Positions 13,491 through 25,898 of a stretch of 64,000 bases of DNA are shown piece after piece. Origin of the DNA: the human T2T-CHM13v2.0 reference genome, Homo sapiens; assembly GCF_009914755.1 (NCBI RefSeq), contig NC_060927.1. One strand, written 5' to 3'. A program made the position numbers and the translations under genes. Positions within the stretch are counted from its first letter, which is position 1. Each line of letters begins with the position of its first letter. The notes beneath the pieces were generated by a model that ran no database searches, was not told where the DNA came from, and saw only the letters and a list, made by a program, of their open reading frames with translations.

Positions 13491-14329
13491 AAAAGGACTA
13501 AGCTTCTTTTGCCAAACCTGGGAAACCCACTGGGGAAAAGAATACTACTTTTTTTTTTCATTATAAACTTGAATTGTCCTCCTCTTCCCCATGACAGACT
13601 TCCCACACAATTTCCAGTGATAGATATACAATTGTGCCTTTCAGAAAATCCTCAGAGCCATAAGAACCTCTCTTTTTCTCCCCTATTCTAGAGGACACAG
13701 TGTCTACAGAACAGAATTGTTGATTTTCTCTTTCTAAATGGTATCTCTATGAATTACTGCAGTGTGTATATAAAGGCAGCTCTCAGCAATTAGTTTTCTG
13801 GTGTGCACCCGGCTCTAACCTTTCCTCATGTGAAATTTCATTGTTGCTCAAATGCGTTAGAGCTGCTTTTTCCAAGGACAGTTTTTCCAGTAGCATCCAA
13901 ACATAAAAGAGTTTCTGGTGTTCAAAGGATTGACTCAGAGATATGTTTTCTTGTTAATTGACATAGTTACTGAGCATCATCAGATTTTAGAAATTCTGTC
14001 GAAAGTGTCTGTTTTTCACATTTATATGGTGTTCTCCATGAGGAAGAAGTAACGAGAGTAATGTGTTGCACTAGTAAACTCAGAACATATCTGTATTCCT
14101 ATAATTTGTGATGTGTTTTTAAAGAAAATGAATCATTTTAATAAAGTAATTTAAATTAATGTGAAAAGATATATTTTATTATTGTTCATAGTCTGATATA
14201 CAGAATAGGCCAAAGTACATTTGAGGAGAAATGTTAACTCCCACAAAATCTATTAAAGAAAAGCAGTTTAGGAAGAAATACCAAAGTCCAGAAAGCCAAT
14301 GGAAGTAGAAAAAGCAATAGGTTTGAGGG

Positions 14330-14480
14330 GATGAACCACTGAATTTGAGTCTTAGCTTTGCCATTAATTAACTGTGAGGCCTTGGGCAAATTAGTTTCCT
14401 CTTTGGGACACAGATTCCTCATCTGTTGAATAGAAGTTATTATAAATGTGCCAAAAATTCTGTTCAGCTCTCCACTAAGG
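14330..14480 (+). mobile_element. MIR/MIR3 fragment
   Basis: ctgtgaggccttgggcaaattagtttcctctttgggacacagattcctcatctg. Confidence 0.65.
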
Positions 14481-14983
14481 ATTAGTACCTTCCTCATGGT
14501 ATAAAACACGAGAGGGAGAAAAAACTATATTGTCCTTACTTTTAGTTTTCTTTTAGTTATACAACTTTACAAAGCTGTAGATTATGTATTTACAAATATA
14601 AATGTGTTGTTACAAATATTCTGGCAATATCAAATATAGTGCCTAATTCTGCCCATTTGCTATAGTTAAGGTATTTAGGACAAGTGTTTGTTCTGCCCTG
14701 GCAAAATGGAGTTTACTATAGGAATAGTAAAATAAACATGAGAAACTCTATTAAAGAACAACAGCTCATAAGATAATTTAATTAGACAATTCAGGTTTGA
14801 AATAACACCATCATCTTGGCAATTTGGGAACACTGATGACATGACAATTCAGTGCATGGAGCTTAGCATGAAAATGTTTTGTTTAGACTGGGTGCTTGTA
14901 TGTGTATGTACTACACAGAATCTAAACAATGTACGCAGCCTAGTCCCTTTATATTCCCATGACCCATTAAAAATAAAACACAA

Positions 14984-15219
<236 letters not shown>

Positions 15220-15523
15220 TTATTTTCCATGCCATATTATTTAATCATTGGCTGTTAGTGTTATGGATATAATTTCTTTTTTCAATGAAACTGTAAAAAC
15301 ATTTTTCTGAGTATAATGACATGTGGAATTATGGAAAATGCTAGAAAAGTGATCATAGATTGTCCTTAAGTGACACCCAGAAAATATTCATCTTAGTAGT
15401 TTCATAACAGCCATCCAGAATACAGAAGGTAATAAAATAATTTTAGTGAACCCTCACGAATAATCATTTCTTCCTAAAAACTTCTAAAGTATGAGTTGCT
15501 GGGCTTTTCAGAATCAGTCAATT

Positions 15524-15665
15524 CTTCCTCCTTACCTTCCCTCTTACTTTCTACCTTTCCTTTCTTTCTTCCTTTCTTTCCTTCCTCCCTCCCTCCTCTT
15601 CCCTCCCCTTCCCTCCCTTTCCCTCCCCCTCCCTTCCCTTCCTTCCCTTCCTACCTTCCTTCTTT
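15524..15665 (+). repeat. Polypyrimidine low-complexity tract ((CCTT)n/(CCCTT)n)
   Basis: ~140 bp almost purely C/T. Confidence 0.95.
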
Positions 15666-16364
15666 CAGAAATGTTTAGATCTTTACATTTTGCATAATTA
15701 TTTTCCAGAACTTTACATGTAAGAATCTGCTGTACAAAGGAATTTGAAACAATGCCCAAATTTTCCCCACAGGTGATCTGTATCCTCCTGCTGCAGCCTG
15801 GCTTCTTCTTGGCATGGTTACTGATTGAGCCTATATGCAGGGGCCTGGGGAAGCCCTGCTTTTTGTTTACTGTTCAAACAAACCCTCTTTAATAGCAGCA
15901 CATGTAAAAGAACACTTTGAAATTTAATTTGTCCCATGTAATGAGGCTGCCAAGAAAAAGATCAAGGTAAAAGCCAGATTTTTTTTTTTAAACAGAGTCT
16001 ATAAAATGCTGACTTGCTCAGTCCCCCTGCAGTCCCCTTTCTGACAGGCATCTTACACTCCATCTTACACTCCATCCATACGACACCACTTACAGCCCTC
16101 ATCAAATGTCTCCTGCCTTTGTGCCATGTCTGTGTGCACATTTACTGTGTGAAATTTAATTCTCCTCTCCTTCTCCTCTTCCAGCAATTTCTGAGATTTA
16201 ACTGTCTACAAGTCTTAACTCAGGGCTTCCCCTCTAGAAAGTCTAAGTCTTACCCTACAACCCACCACCAGGACATGTGTGTCTTGCTCTGTGTTCCCAT
16301 CTTGTATATATGAGAACCATAGTGTCTATCTCTCTGAATTATAATTATCTCTGAGACATCTTTA

Positions 16365-16610
16365 TTAGCTATTATTGTTTAATATGTTCCTGCCATGTTT
16401 CAAGTTCTTCATATGAATCATGTCATGTAATCCTGGCGAAAACCCAATAAGGGTGGTGCTATTCCTTACTATTCCGATCCTCATTTTGCATGTGAAAATC
16501 CAAGGCTCAAGTAAGTTAGGGGACCTGCAGAACCTTGGGCAGATAGAGGTGGCGGCTTTCAAGCCAGGCAGTCTGACTCCAGAGCCCATACTTCTAACTA
16601 TTAGCACACA
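16365..16610 (-). mobile_element. MIR, near full length
   Basis: cattttgcatgtgaaaatccaaggctcaag...ttcaagccaggcagtctgactccagagccc. Confidence 0.85.
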
Positions 16611-16770
16611 GAGCCTACCTAGACAACTACTACAGCTGTCAGCAGTTTGGTTATGCTCTGGCCAGGCATATACTGAGATATAGCAACTGTAGTATAGAAC
16701 TTGTCCAAATGATGTCACTGAACTCTTTCCGAGAACCAAATCATCATTCAGGCCCAAATCAAGAATTTTC

Positions 16771-16902
16771 AAGTCTAGTGTTGTAGAAATCTACACAAGC
16801 AATACTTTTATTAGCATTTTGTCTTTTCTTTGAGACAGGGTCTCACTCTGTCACCCAGGCTAGAGTGCAGTAGCGCCATCTCAGCTCACTGCAACCTCCT
16901 GT
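16771..16902 (-). mobile_element. 5'-truncated Alu right-arm end plus ~45 bp non-Alu tail between 18-bp direct repeats
   Basis: Alu 3' end at ~16817-16900; cccaaatcaagaattttc at 16753-16770 and 16903-16920. Confidence 0.85.
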
Positions 16903-16929
16903 CCCAAATCAAGAATTTTCTAATAGAAG

Positions 16930-17140
16930 ACTTGAACATAAGACACTGTGAAAAGCACATAGAATAAAAAGATTGGAGACATATTTGCCACTCACTAGTC
17001 AAGTGACCTTGGCTATATCATTTAATCTTTCTCAACCTCAGTTTCTTCAGCTATAGGATGGGGTAATAATAGCTTCTCTACTTTTAATATCAAAGAAGAT
17101 TCTGAAAATGGTAAAATGTGTCATTATGAAGATATAAAAG
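16930..17140 (+). mobile_element. MIR fragment
   Basis: gtgaccttggctatatcatttaatctttctcaacctcagtttcttc. Confidence 0.7.
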
Positions 17141-17875
17141 ATATGTAAAGTTTTGAGAAAAATCATCAAATCATGTCAGCTATCTATACACATATGCTAC
17201 CTATAACTATTACCAACTATGGGACACCCTTAAAAGTTTTCTAGGAGAATTCAGACATGTTTGTGAAAAATGTCCCACTCTCATGGCCTGAATGTATTAC
17301 CATATCTCATATAAACTTATCTTCTTCTAGATGATTTGTGTGTGTGTATGTTTCAGCCCTTAAACCAAAAGCACAGTACATATGCAACTCTGATTATTTA
17401 AAATTAAGGTGCTGAGGTCAGAGACACATTAGGAATTTTAAGACAGTGCGAGAATCATTCTTTCTCCTTCCTACTCCTTCATATCTGCTCAGTACAACAT
17501 CAGACAAGCATGCGCAGCAATAGCATTTGTTTTGATAATGACAACAGCAAGAACATTTGTATGTGCAGTTTTAGACTGTGGGCTCATCTCAGCGGCAGGC
17601 AGCCTTAGTCAAGGGAAGAAAAATTCCAATCCTGAGTTATAGAGCCGATTTTGGTAAAAAGCACGTTTTACACACCAATTAGGCAAATTGTTAAATGATT
17701 TTAGATTAAAGAGCAAAGTAGCACTCAGGATAAATTTGAAAGGATAGAGGGAAAACCTGAATAAAAAAGAAGCATGGGAAAAAGAAAATGAGGAGACAGG
17801 GAAACTCAGGGAAAGAAAAGACACAAGAATGAGAAAAGAAGAAAAAACCCCCAAAGATGTGAAAAAAACAAGTCA

Positions 17876-18185
17876 TCGTACCTGTTTGGATGGACAGTTG
17901 AAGGGGTTCCCTGAACACCGCTGCTCTCCCAATTTCCAAAGACGGATTAGCAAATTAATACAAGCCGAGCATAAATTCGCTGACTGCGGTGGCGCGGAGT
18001 CACCTTGGACCTCATCAGCGTTGCTAAACATCGCCCGTAACCTTTCCATTATCACTGGGGGTCTGCTCAGCACCAGGCCCCAACTGCTCCAATAATTTCA
18101 ATTACTTTCCCTGACAAATTTTATGTTTCATGTATTTTAGTGGCCTGATAATTATGATTTCTCTCATTTCTCGCTATCGAGCTTA
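17876..18185. promoter_or_regulatory. Candidate conserved non-coding element / CpG-retaining regulatory block
   Basis: 13 CpGs in ~305 bp of non-repeat DNA; homeobox-like TAAT/ATTA cores; flanked by purine-rich tracts. Confidence 0.45.
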
Positions 18186-18651
18186 ATGGGTTCCAGCATG
18201 AGTGTGCAGTTTCAGAAATGAAGTTCCACTTGAATTCACAAGTTATTATCTACTTTCATTAATGGAATTGGAAAAGAGGGAGTGGAAAAGAGATAAAGAA
18301 CAAGGAAGTAGGAAGAGATGAGTGAGCAGGAGGAGGAAGGAATAAAAGAAAACAAAAGGCCAGGAATAGAAAATAAAAATCAACCAAAGAGTAGGAAGGA
18401 AACTGGGCTAAGTATAAATAAAAAGTAAAAAGTATGTGGACAACTCTCTTTAATGCAAAAAGCACTAGATTATTTCCATGACTAAACACATGATTGGGAA
18501 GAAGTATAGTGTGTTCAATAATTCCCAAGCATGGCATCTAGACCACACTGGGTTTGAAGAACCTGGTTCCTTTACTTACCCGCTGTGTGATGATAGGCAT
18601 ATTATACAAACTCACAGAGATTCATCTGTTTTCTTTCTTTTTCATGCATGG

Positions 18652-18677
18652 GTGTGTGTGTGTGTGTGTGTGTGTGC
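18652..18677 (+). repeat. (TG)n microsatellite inside a MIR remnant
   Basis: Direct GT dinucleotide run. Confidence 0.95.
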
Positions 18678-20154
18678 ATATGTGTGAACAAATATTTATG
18701 GAATGACAATAATCTGCAAGAAATTGTGCTAATGTAGGGAGATTAGCTCTTTTAAAGGTTGTACAGCTGGAGAGAGAGACGTATATGCACCTCAGCTTGC
18801 CTAGGCATTGATTCAAGTTTCCTCCCACGTGAGAATATAACTTCCCTCCCACCGTCTGGCACAAGAGATGAGTGTGTGCAATTTTGAAAGCACTCTGAGC
18901 AACAGAAGCACAGTAAAAAAGATTGCTTGTGTCAGTTCCACGTGACTATCAAGGAAGCCTCAAAAAGGAATAAAAAAGAAATTTGATGCAGCAAGACATC
19001 GAGGAGCTCAGATCCATCAAAACCTTGTGAAGCCAGTATCACCAGCAGCTTTGTGTCATCTGTTAGTGTGCAGATATGCTGCAACAGGTTCTGACTTGCC
19101 AGGCTCTGTGATTTTTGGCCTAATAATTGAAAACTTAATCTAACCTTACAGTAGAGTTATATATGTCGTCTCTTGTAATCAAACTTTAACCCATCTGAAA
19201 AGATGTAGCTAACGAAAGTGGGATGTAGAGAGATGAAGAGGGATCCCCTTTCCTTCAAGAAGCTAACTATCAAATAGGGAGATAAGACAAACAAACAAGT
19301 TTAATAGAAAATCAATATGAAACATGCTGTAAGCGTGGCACGTAGCAATCAGACAGGTTTAGGGAAGGAAAATGTGATATTTATTTTGAAATACTCTCTT
19401 TTAATAAGGGCCCAAGTCTTAAGCCAAAAGAATAAATCTCTAGTTTTACAATTTCAGGCATCAATGAGCTACTTGGGAAAATAAAAGGAGGATTACAGAG
19501 TCCTTCCCGCTATCTCTAAAAATACATCACGTGGATGGCAGGAGCCGAGCCTTGTACTGCAGGCATTTAAGATGATAAAATGATAAAGATTTATGAAAAA
19601 TAAATACTCAAAGAAACATTGGAATTAAACATTTAAAAGCTAACAAAAGCAGCAATAGTGCAAAATAATAATAATAACCATATGTGGAAGCAGCTGAATT
19701 GATGAATCATTTAAAATGTTTTACCCTGCATTCTGCAACTGAAAAGGGTATCTGTTTTCTCAAATGAACCTAATAGGAACCACTGAAAGATGGTTCATCT
19801 TCTTCAGTTTAGTTAAAATGAAATAAAAGTGGCTGCCTTAGTTAACACTGACCAAAGGAGGACTGAAAGAAAATAACTTATGAATTGGACAATGTGCTCC
19901 TTACTTACCAAGTACCTTTCTGCAAAGCCAACTAAAGATAACTGGAAATTTCTTAAGGTTGTCTGCATTTTTCAGTGAATGTATTTAAAAAGACCATTCT
20001 CTGGGAGGAATTTGGTCAGTTTATCAGTTAATTGATCCAACCAACTTTTAAAAGAGCCCCTTTAGCCCCTGTATTTTAACGATGCACCCCCCTCTCCACC
20101 CTCAGAGCGAGATGAAAATCAGTACTGTTCTAACTTTGAGACATTATTGCCAGT

Positions 20155-20225
20155 TTTCTTTCCTTTTTTCTTTTCTTTCCTTCCTTTTCTTTCTCTCTCT
20201 CTTTCTCTCTTTCTTTCTTTCTTTC
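20155..20225 (+). repeat. CT-rich low-complexity tract
   Basis: (CTTT)n/(CT)n run. Confidence 0.9.
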
Positions 20226-20419
20226 TGCAACAAGCAAGGGCTTATAGGCTTGAGGTAGAAGGAAGAATGAAGAGGAAGCCCACTCGGTGCTAAGGTAAAC
20301 TCTGTTTGAAAGGGAAACTGCCTTCAAATGCAGTCCTACCAGCCTTGGCTTTCAGAAAAAGCACGTCCATTAGAAAACTGGGTACATATCTTTTCTACCC
20401 CAGGCATTTTGAGTAGTAC

Positions 20420-20690
20420 ACAGAATGCAAGGACAAATGAGAAAACCCTAATCTAGAAGCCCCCATGGTGTACCTGGAGAGACAAACACATATGCAATTA
20501 CAACTCCTGTAAGATATGTGTGCAAAGTGCTGTGGTAGCTGGTGAGAGGAGCTGACAACTAAATGTGTGACAGGAGAGCAAGTGACAAGCTTCATGAATA
20601 GGTCAAATTTCACCTGGGCCTTGAGGAATTCTAGGAACTTGCCCTGTAAAGTGAAGGAAACAATTTCAAACGTAAAGAAAGTTCTATACA
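20420..20690 (-). mobile_element. L2 fragment
   Basis: Reverse L2-like: gaagcccccatggtgtacctggagagacaaacac...gtgacaagcttcatgaatagg. Confidence 0.5.
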
Positions 20691-21220
20691 GCTGCTGTTC
20701 TCAGAGTTCATTAAATATTCAGGCAGGCACTGTTTGTCTTACAACCTACTTATAGATGGTCCCCAAGTTACTACTTGACTGAGACAATGTTAATGGCCCA
20801 AGAAAGGGCTTTTGCAGTAGTTAAAAAAAATTCAAACCAGTTCCAGATTTAGGGACTCTCATGGTTGAGACCCAGTCGAATTTGGCTTCTCTGGGTAACA
20901 AGTCTACTTTATCCCAGCAGGATCATATTTAAATCTGGGTTAAGAAATTTGACATTTTTAACCTTCTACTCTCATTATTTTTCACAATGACATACTTTGC
21001 CTCAGTTAATTATGGCAGAGAAGCATTTAAATGTTAAAACCTAGATAGTAAAGAGAAAGGACTAAAGGGAGCCTAGACTTCTTGTGCTCAAAAGTCATCA
21101 CTCCACTATAGTCTTCCATGGAGACCATGGCCCAAAAACCCAATTAGCGCCCATGAATCCAGAATCTCAGAGGCGGGTCTAAGGTTTCTTTGAGTCATCT
21201 GAGCATTTAAGAGTCCTGCC

Positions 21221-21510
<290 letters not shown>

Positions 21511-22209
21511 TTTTTTTTAAAGTCCTGCCTTATTTTCTATCATGTCTTTTTTCCTCATCCCAAGGTCAGCTATTCTGGAATAGTACATAAGGGAATCTTA
21601 AAAAGTAGAATATTCTATTAAAAACCAAAGATTCTATAGCCTGCTAAGGCACTTTAAAGAATAAAACCTTTCTCATCTTTCCAGAAAATGTATGGAGAAT
21701 TTCTTTTCCCTGACTTTGTAGACATTACTCTGTGTTTCTCGATCTACAGGCGTATTAAGTTAGGTGAAGCTCAACCTCTTCCTATCTCTGCATATGAAGA
21801 CTATGAAGAATCTCTATGTTGGTTAGAAGTTTTTGTCTTTTGTTGTTGTTGTTGCTAAGACAATGGGACCAGTTGCCTTCTGTGATTAAGTATAATCTTT
21901 GAAATAAAATATGTGCTAAAAAGGATCTTTTAACCTTCAGAATTATATCATTAATGCTTTTTATAACTTAGTATCAGGGTCAATTTTTTATGGATATTTC
22001 TAATAAGCATCTGTTGAAACTAACAGTAACAATAAAAGGCTAACAGATATAGGAATGATGGAGTTGAAGCACAATAGGTGTAGAGGATGTTTTATAAAGG
22101 GTTGATGGGATTTAGAGGTCCTCAGCATCTGCCTCCACCCCCTGGTCCTAGTCCTAGAAGTCCCAGTATATTAATTAGCAGTATGATTTGCCATGTGAAA
22201 TAATATTTG

Positions 22210-22400
22210 GAGCACTCATTAAAGACTCATTTTATGTAAGGCGCTTTACATAATTTAAGTCTAATTTTCACAAACACATATTTATTACTGAGAAAACAGA
22301 CTCAGAGGGCTCAAGAGACTTGCCTAGGGTTACAGATTCAACTTAGTGCAGAATAAGGATTTGAACCTATGTATATCTAAATTCAAAACCAATTTTTTTT
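22210..22400 (-). mobile_element. MIR
   Basis: gagaaaacagactcagagggctcaagagacttgcctagggttacaga...ggatttgaacc. Confidence 0.75.
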
Positions 22401-22733
22401 CCTTTTGTGCCAAATTTCTATTTACAATATTTTTAAAGGTCAGAAGGAACTCTTAAGTCCGGCTCTTTCTCCCAGCTAAGTGGTTACAATCAGGTTGCTT
22501 AACCACACTTTTTTTTTTTTTTCACACAAAACACAAATCTAAGTTATTCAGGAATATTGTAATAGCATTTCCTTTTGCTTTAAAAGAGATCTTGCTACTA
22601 ATGAGGGCCAGAAAAAGAAACAGAGCTGCCTGACAGTTGGCCAAGTTGAAAGAAGGAGCATGAGTTGAGAGAGAAGATTCTGTTGCAGGAGAAGTTTGAA
22701 ACATATAATTTGGAGTCAGAGATATCTCTATTA

Positions 22734-23057
22734 CAGGGCTGTTCAATAGAAATACGATGCAGGCCAGAGATGTAAGCACATGTGTAATTTAAAATCTCTT
22801 AGTATTCATGTTAAAAAGAATAAACAGGTGAAGTTATTTTAAATAATATGTAATCCAGTGCATCTAAAGGATTATATATTTCAACATATAATCAATACAA
22901 AAAAATTCAGTGAGGTATTTTACATTTTTGTATATGAAATCTTAAAAAAAAATCTGATGTATGTTTTATACTTAGCGCACATCTTTATTCAAAATAGCTA
23001 CATTTCAAGTGCTCATCAGCAACGTGTGGCTGGAGATTACAGTATTGGAAAGTACAG
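22734..23057 (-). mobile_element. MER33 hAT-Charlie MITE
   Basis: cagggctgttcaatagaaata...tagctacatttcaagtgctc...acgtgtggct...tattggaaagtacag; 324 bp. Confidence 0.85.
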
Positions 23058-24574
23058 CCCTGGTAGTTTAAGAAGAAAACTTGAACAGAGAAGGTGGTCC
23101 AAAAAAGCCTGCATAAAAATGAACTAATTTCAGAATGAGGTGCTTTAGGTGTAAGAACTTACATACTGATGATTGTAGAAGTGTGAAAACTCCATCAGCT
23201 GGTAGTGAGGTTAGAGGCCATAGAAGCATAGTGTGCAGTGGAATGAAGGGGGCAGTAAAACAAGCACTTGTAGAGCAGGGACTTTACATTCATTGTCTAA
23301 CACTAATTCAGTGGTAATTCTCCGCATTGCACAAATGAGAAAGCTGAAGCTCAGAGAAATTCATTTACTTGCCCAAATTTCTACTTTCTACTTCCCTATG
23401 AATCTGTAACCAGAAAAAATGAATAGTTTGTACTTATTTTATTCTCATTGTCCATAGTTTAAAAAAAAAAATGTGTAATCTACCAGCTGCCCTGAGTCTA
23501 TGTTGCAGATGTTAGGCAGACACAGAGGGGACTTGGAAACGGCAAGGTGCAAAGAGGATAGAAAGCTTGAAAAGAACTGTGTTTCAAAGACTGTGTAGCT
23601 ACAACCCTTAAGCCTTTAAGGTGTTAATAAAGGCAGGAAGCCAGGCCGCAGGCAGCTGTTGTACTACACAGTTGTTATTCTAGGGACATTTACCTGCTGT
23701 TCTCTTGATACCATGGAAGACAAAAAGCAAAGGACTGAGTTTGACATGTAGTCAGAGAGCATAGGTGAAAGAAACTGAAGAAACTCTTGAAAATGAGGTT
23801 GGTTAAGAATCCCAGAAGTTTGCCCAATGGCCTGCTCTGGATATTCAAATACTAGAATAGATTCTTACCTGACTTGTACAATCTCAGGATGTCTCCTGAA
23901 CTGTATTTTTAAATGCAAAATAATGGTCATAGTTTAAATGGCACAAGTGAAATGCAGATAATCTGCATTTTGTGAGTATAACTGAAAAAATGATCTGCTT
24001 ATATCATGGTGGTGGTAAGATTTTTCATCACATTATTTCTGTAAAGTCAACTCTATGACAACTTGGAGGAAAAGAAAAGGGGCATCAGGCAGCTCTAATA
24101 AGCTTTCTTTCATGAAAACTGGCTAATAAAGAAAATCAAGTTATTTTCAGTTAAGGATTATTGCTGAGGAGAAAGAAGAACCAAATGAGAAGAAGAGTAA
24201 TCAGGCTGTCTAAAAATGGAATCATAATGAATTCTTGTTTCTATTTAGATAAGTATTTTACCCTTAATTACTTAACTTATAGGATTATGAGAGAGTTAAA
24301 AAGTATACTATATGCATTCATTCAAAAATTCCTTCAACAACTTTTTTTTTCCCAGCATTTACTATGTGCCAAACCCTAGGCTCTGGTTACATAGTAGTGT
24401 AAATGAGAAAAAATATCTTTTCCTCTACCCATCTTAGGTACATGGCTGAGACTCCTATAGTAAAAGATACAAGAGAAAACCATACAAATTGGTTTAATAT
24501 AAGTTTTACATGACACGAGAGCCTTCATAAGAAAATAAAGACCCAAAGAAATGGTTAAACCTGTGTATTTTTAT

Positions 24575-24697
24575 TTAAAACATTTTTTTTTAAGAGACAA
24601 GGTCTTGCTCTGTCACCCCGGCTGGAATGCAATGGTGCAATCATAACTCATTGCAATCTCCAACTCCTGGGCTCAAGTGATCCTCCTGCCACAGCTT
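24575..24697 (-). mobile_element. AluJ/FRAM right-arm fragment
   Basis: Perfect 15-bp TSD cctgtgtatttttat (24560-24574, 24698-24712). Confidence 0.9.
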
Positions 24698-24893
24698 CCT
24701 GTGTATTTTTATGCCAGGTTCGGTGAAGAGTAAACAGTCATGGAGAAATATGATGGGGGAAATTGTATGATTAAATGGTAATAAACTGGGAGAAACTTAG
24801 CAAGGACTGTTTGTTCAGATTCTTCTCTGTGACTTGTTTTCAGAGATAGGAATGTTCCTTTCCTCTTGGTGTGGGGAAGGAACCTCTCACAAG

Positions 24894-24963
24894 AAGTTAT
24901 TTTCAGTTAAGGATCATTGCTGAGGAGAAAGAAGAACCAAATGAGATGAAGAGTAATCAGGCT
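24894..24963 (+). repeat. 70-bp dispersed duplication of 24138-24207
   Basis: 68/70 identical, same orientation. Confidence 0.95.
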
Positions 24964-25021
24964 CATAAGGCTTCTCTCATAAGAAGGGTCTGTCTTATGA
25001 CCTGCTTCAGGGGAAGGTCGG

Positions 25022-25384
25022 TGTATTAGGCCATTGTTTGCATTACTGTAGAGAAATACCTGAGGCTGGGTAGTTTATAAAGGAAAGAAGTTTAATTGGC
25101 TCATGGTTTTGCAGGCTGTACAGGAAGTGTGGTGCTGGCATTTGCTTCTGGTGAGGGCCTCAGGAAGCTTACAATCAAGGGGAGGGGAGAGGTCCCAGCC
25201 TTTTAGCCAGATCTTATGTGAAATAAGTGAGGAAGAACTCACTCATCACCAGGGGGAAGGTGTTAAACCATTCATGAGGGATTTGCCCTCAGGATTCAAC
25301 CCCCTCCCACCAGGCTGTACCTCCAACATGGAGAATCACATTTCAACATGAGATTTGGAGGTGATGAACATTCAAACCATATCA
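25022..25384 (-). mobile_element. MSTB-like solo MaLR LTR
   Basis: tgtattaggcc...gcttctggtgagggcctcaggaagcttacaatc...aaaccatatca; degenerate TSD gtcgg/atcag. Confidence 0.9.
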
Positions 25385-25551
25385 ATCAGAAAATCCTTCT
25401 CAGGTTTTATGACTTACTTCAGGGAAGAAGGGTAGGGGAAGGTCAGAGAGATCTTCCTGCATCTGCTTTTTCTCAAATTCCTTTGGTTTAAAATATTTAA
25501 TATGCTAAGGTGCCACACTTTGGGGTGGCATGCCCTGAACTCCATCAGTAG

Positions 25552-25898
25552 TGTGGCAAAGGCTGCTAGCTGATCTCTGGGCCCATGTCCTCTTCTTGGA
25601 AACACAACTAGACTACGTTTCCTAACCTTCTTTGTGGCAGGGTGTGGCTATATGACTGAGTACTAGCCAGTGGAATATGGGAGAAAGTGTTACCCCTGCT
25701 TCTGCTGTTTGTGATTCTTTAGGATCTTTCCCCCACCATGGTGACCTTGGAAGCCACATTGAAGATGGTGGAACCACTCCATAGAAAAAGGCAGAATCAC
25801 CAATTAGAGGAGAGCAATAAGAACACTGGTGTTTGACTTGAGGTGAGCTAGAAATAAACTTCTATGTTACAGCTGCCAGTGCTACCTTAACTAATACA
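25552..25898 (+). mobile_element. MLT1I/J-type MaLR LTR
   Basis: tgtggcaaaggctgctagc...tagactacgtttcc...ccttaactaataca. Confidence 0.8.

Larger units (their letters stand above)
24398..25547 (-). mobile_element. Solo ERV1 LTR, MER31/MER67-like, with three internal insertions
   Basis: TG...CA ends; 4-bp TSD gtag (24394-24397, 25548-25551); aatatgctaaggtgccacactttggggtggcatgccctgaactccatca terminus. Confidence 0.8.

Noticed and set aside
16049-16076. 12-bp tandem duplication catcttacactc (similar one at 40351-40374)
   Set aside because: Ordinary slippage duplication
18064-18082. REST/RE1-like tcagcacc
   Set aside because: Only the left half-site; the GGACAG right half is missing at the proper spacing
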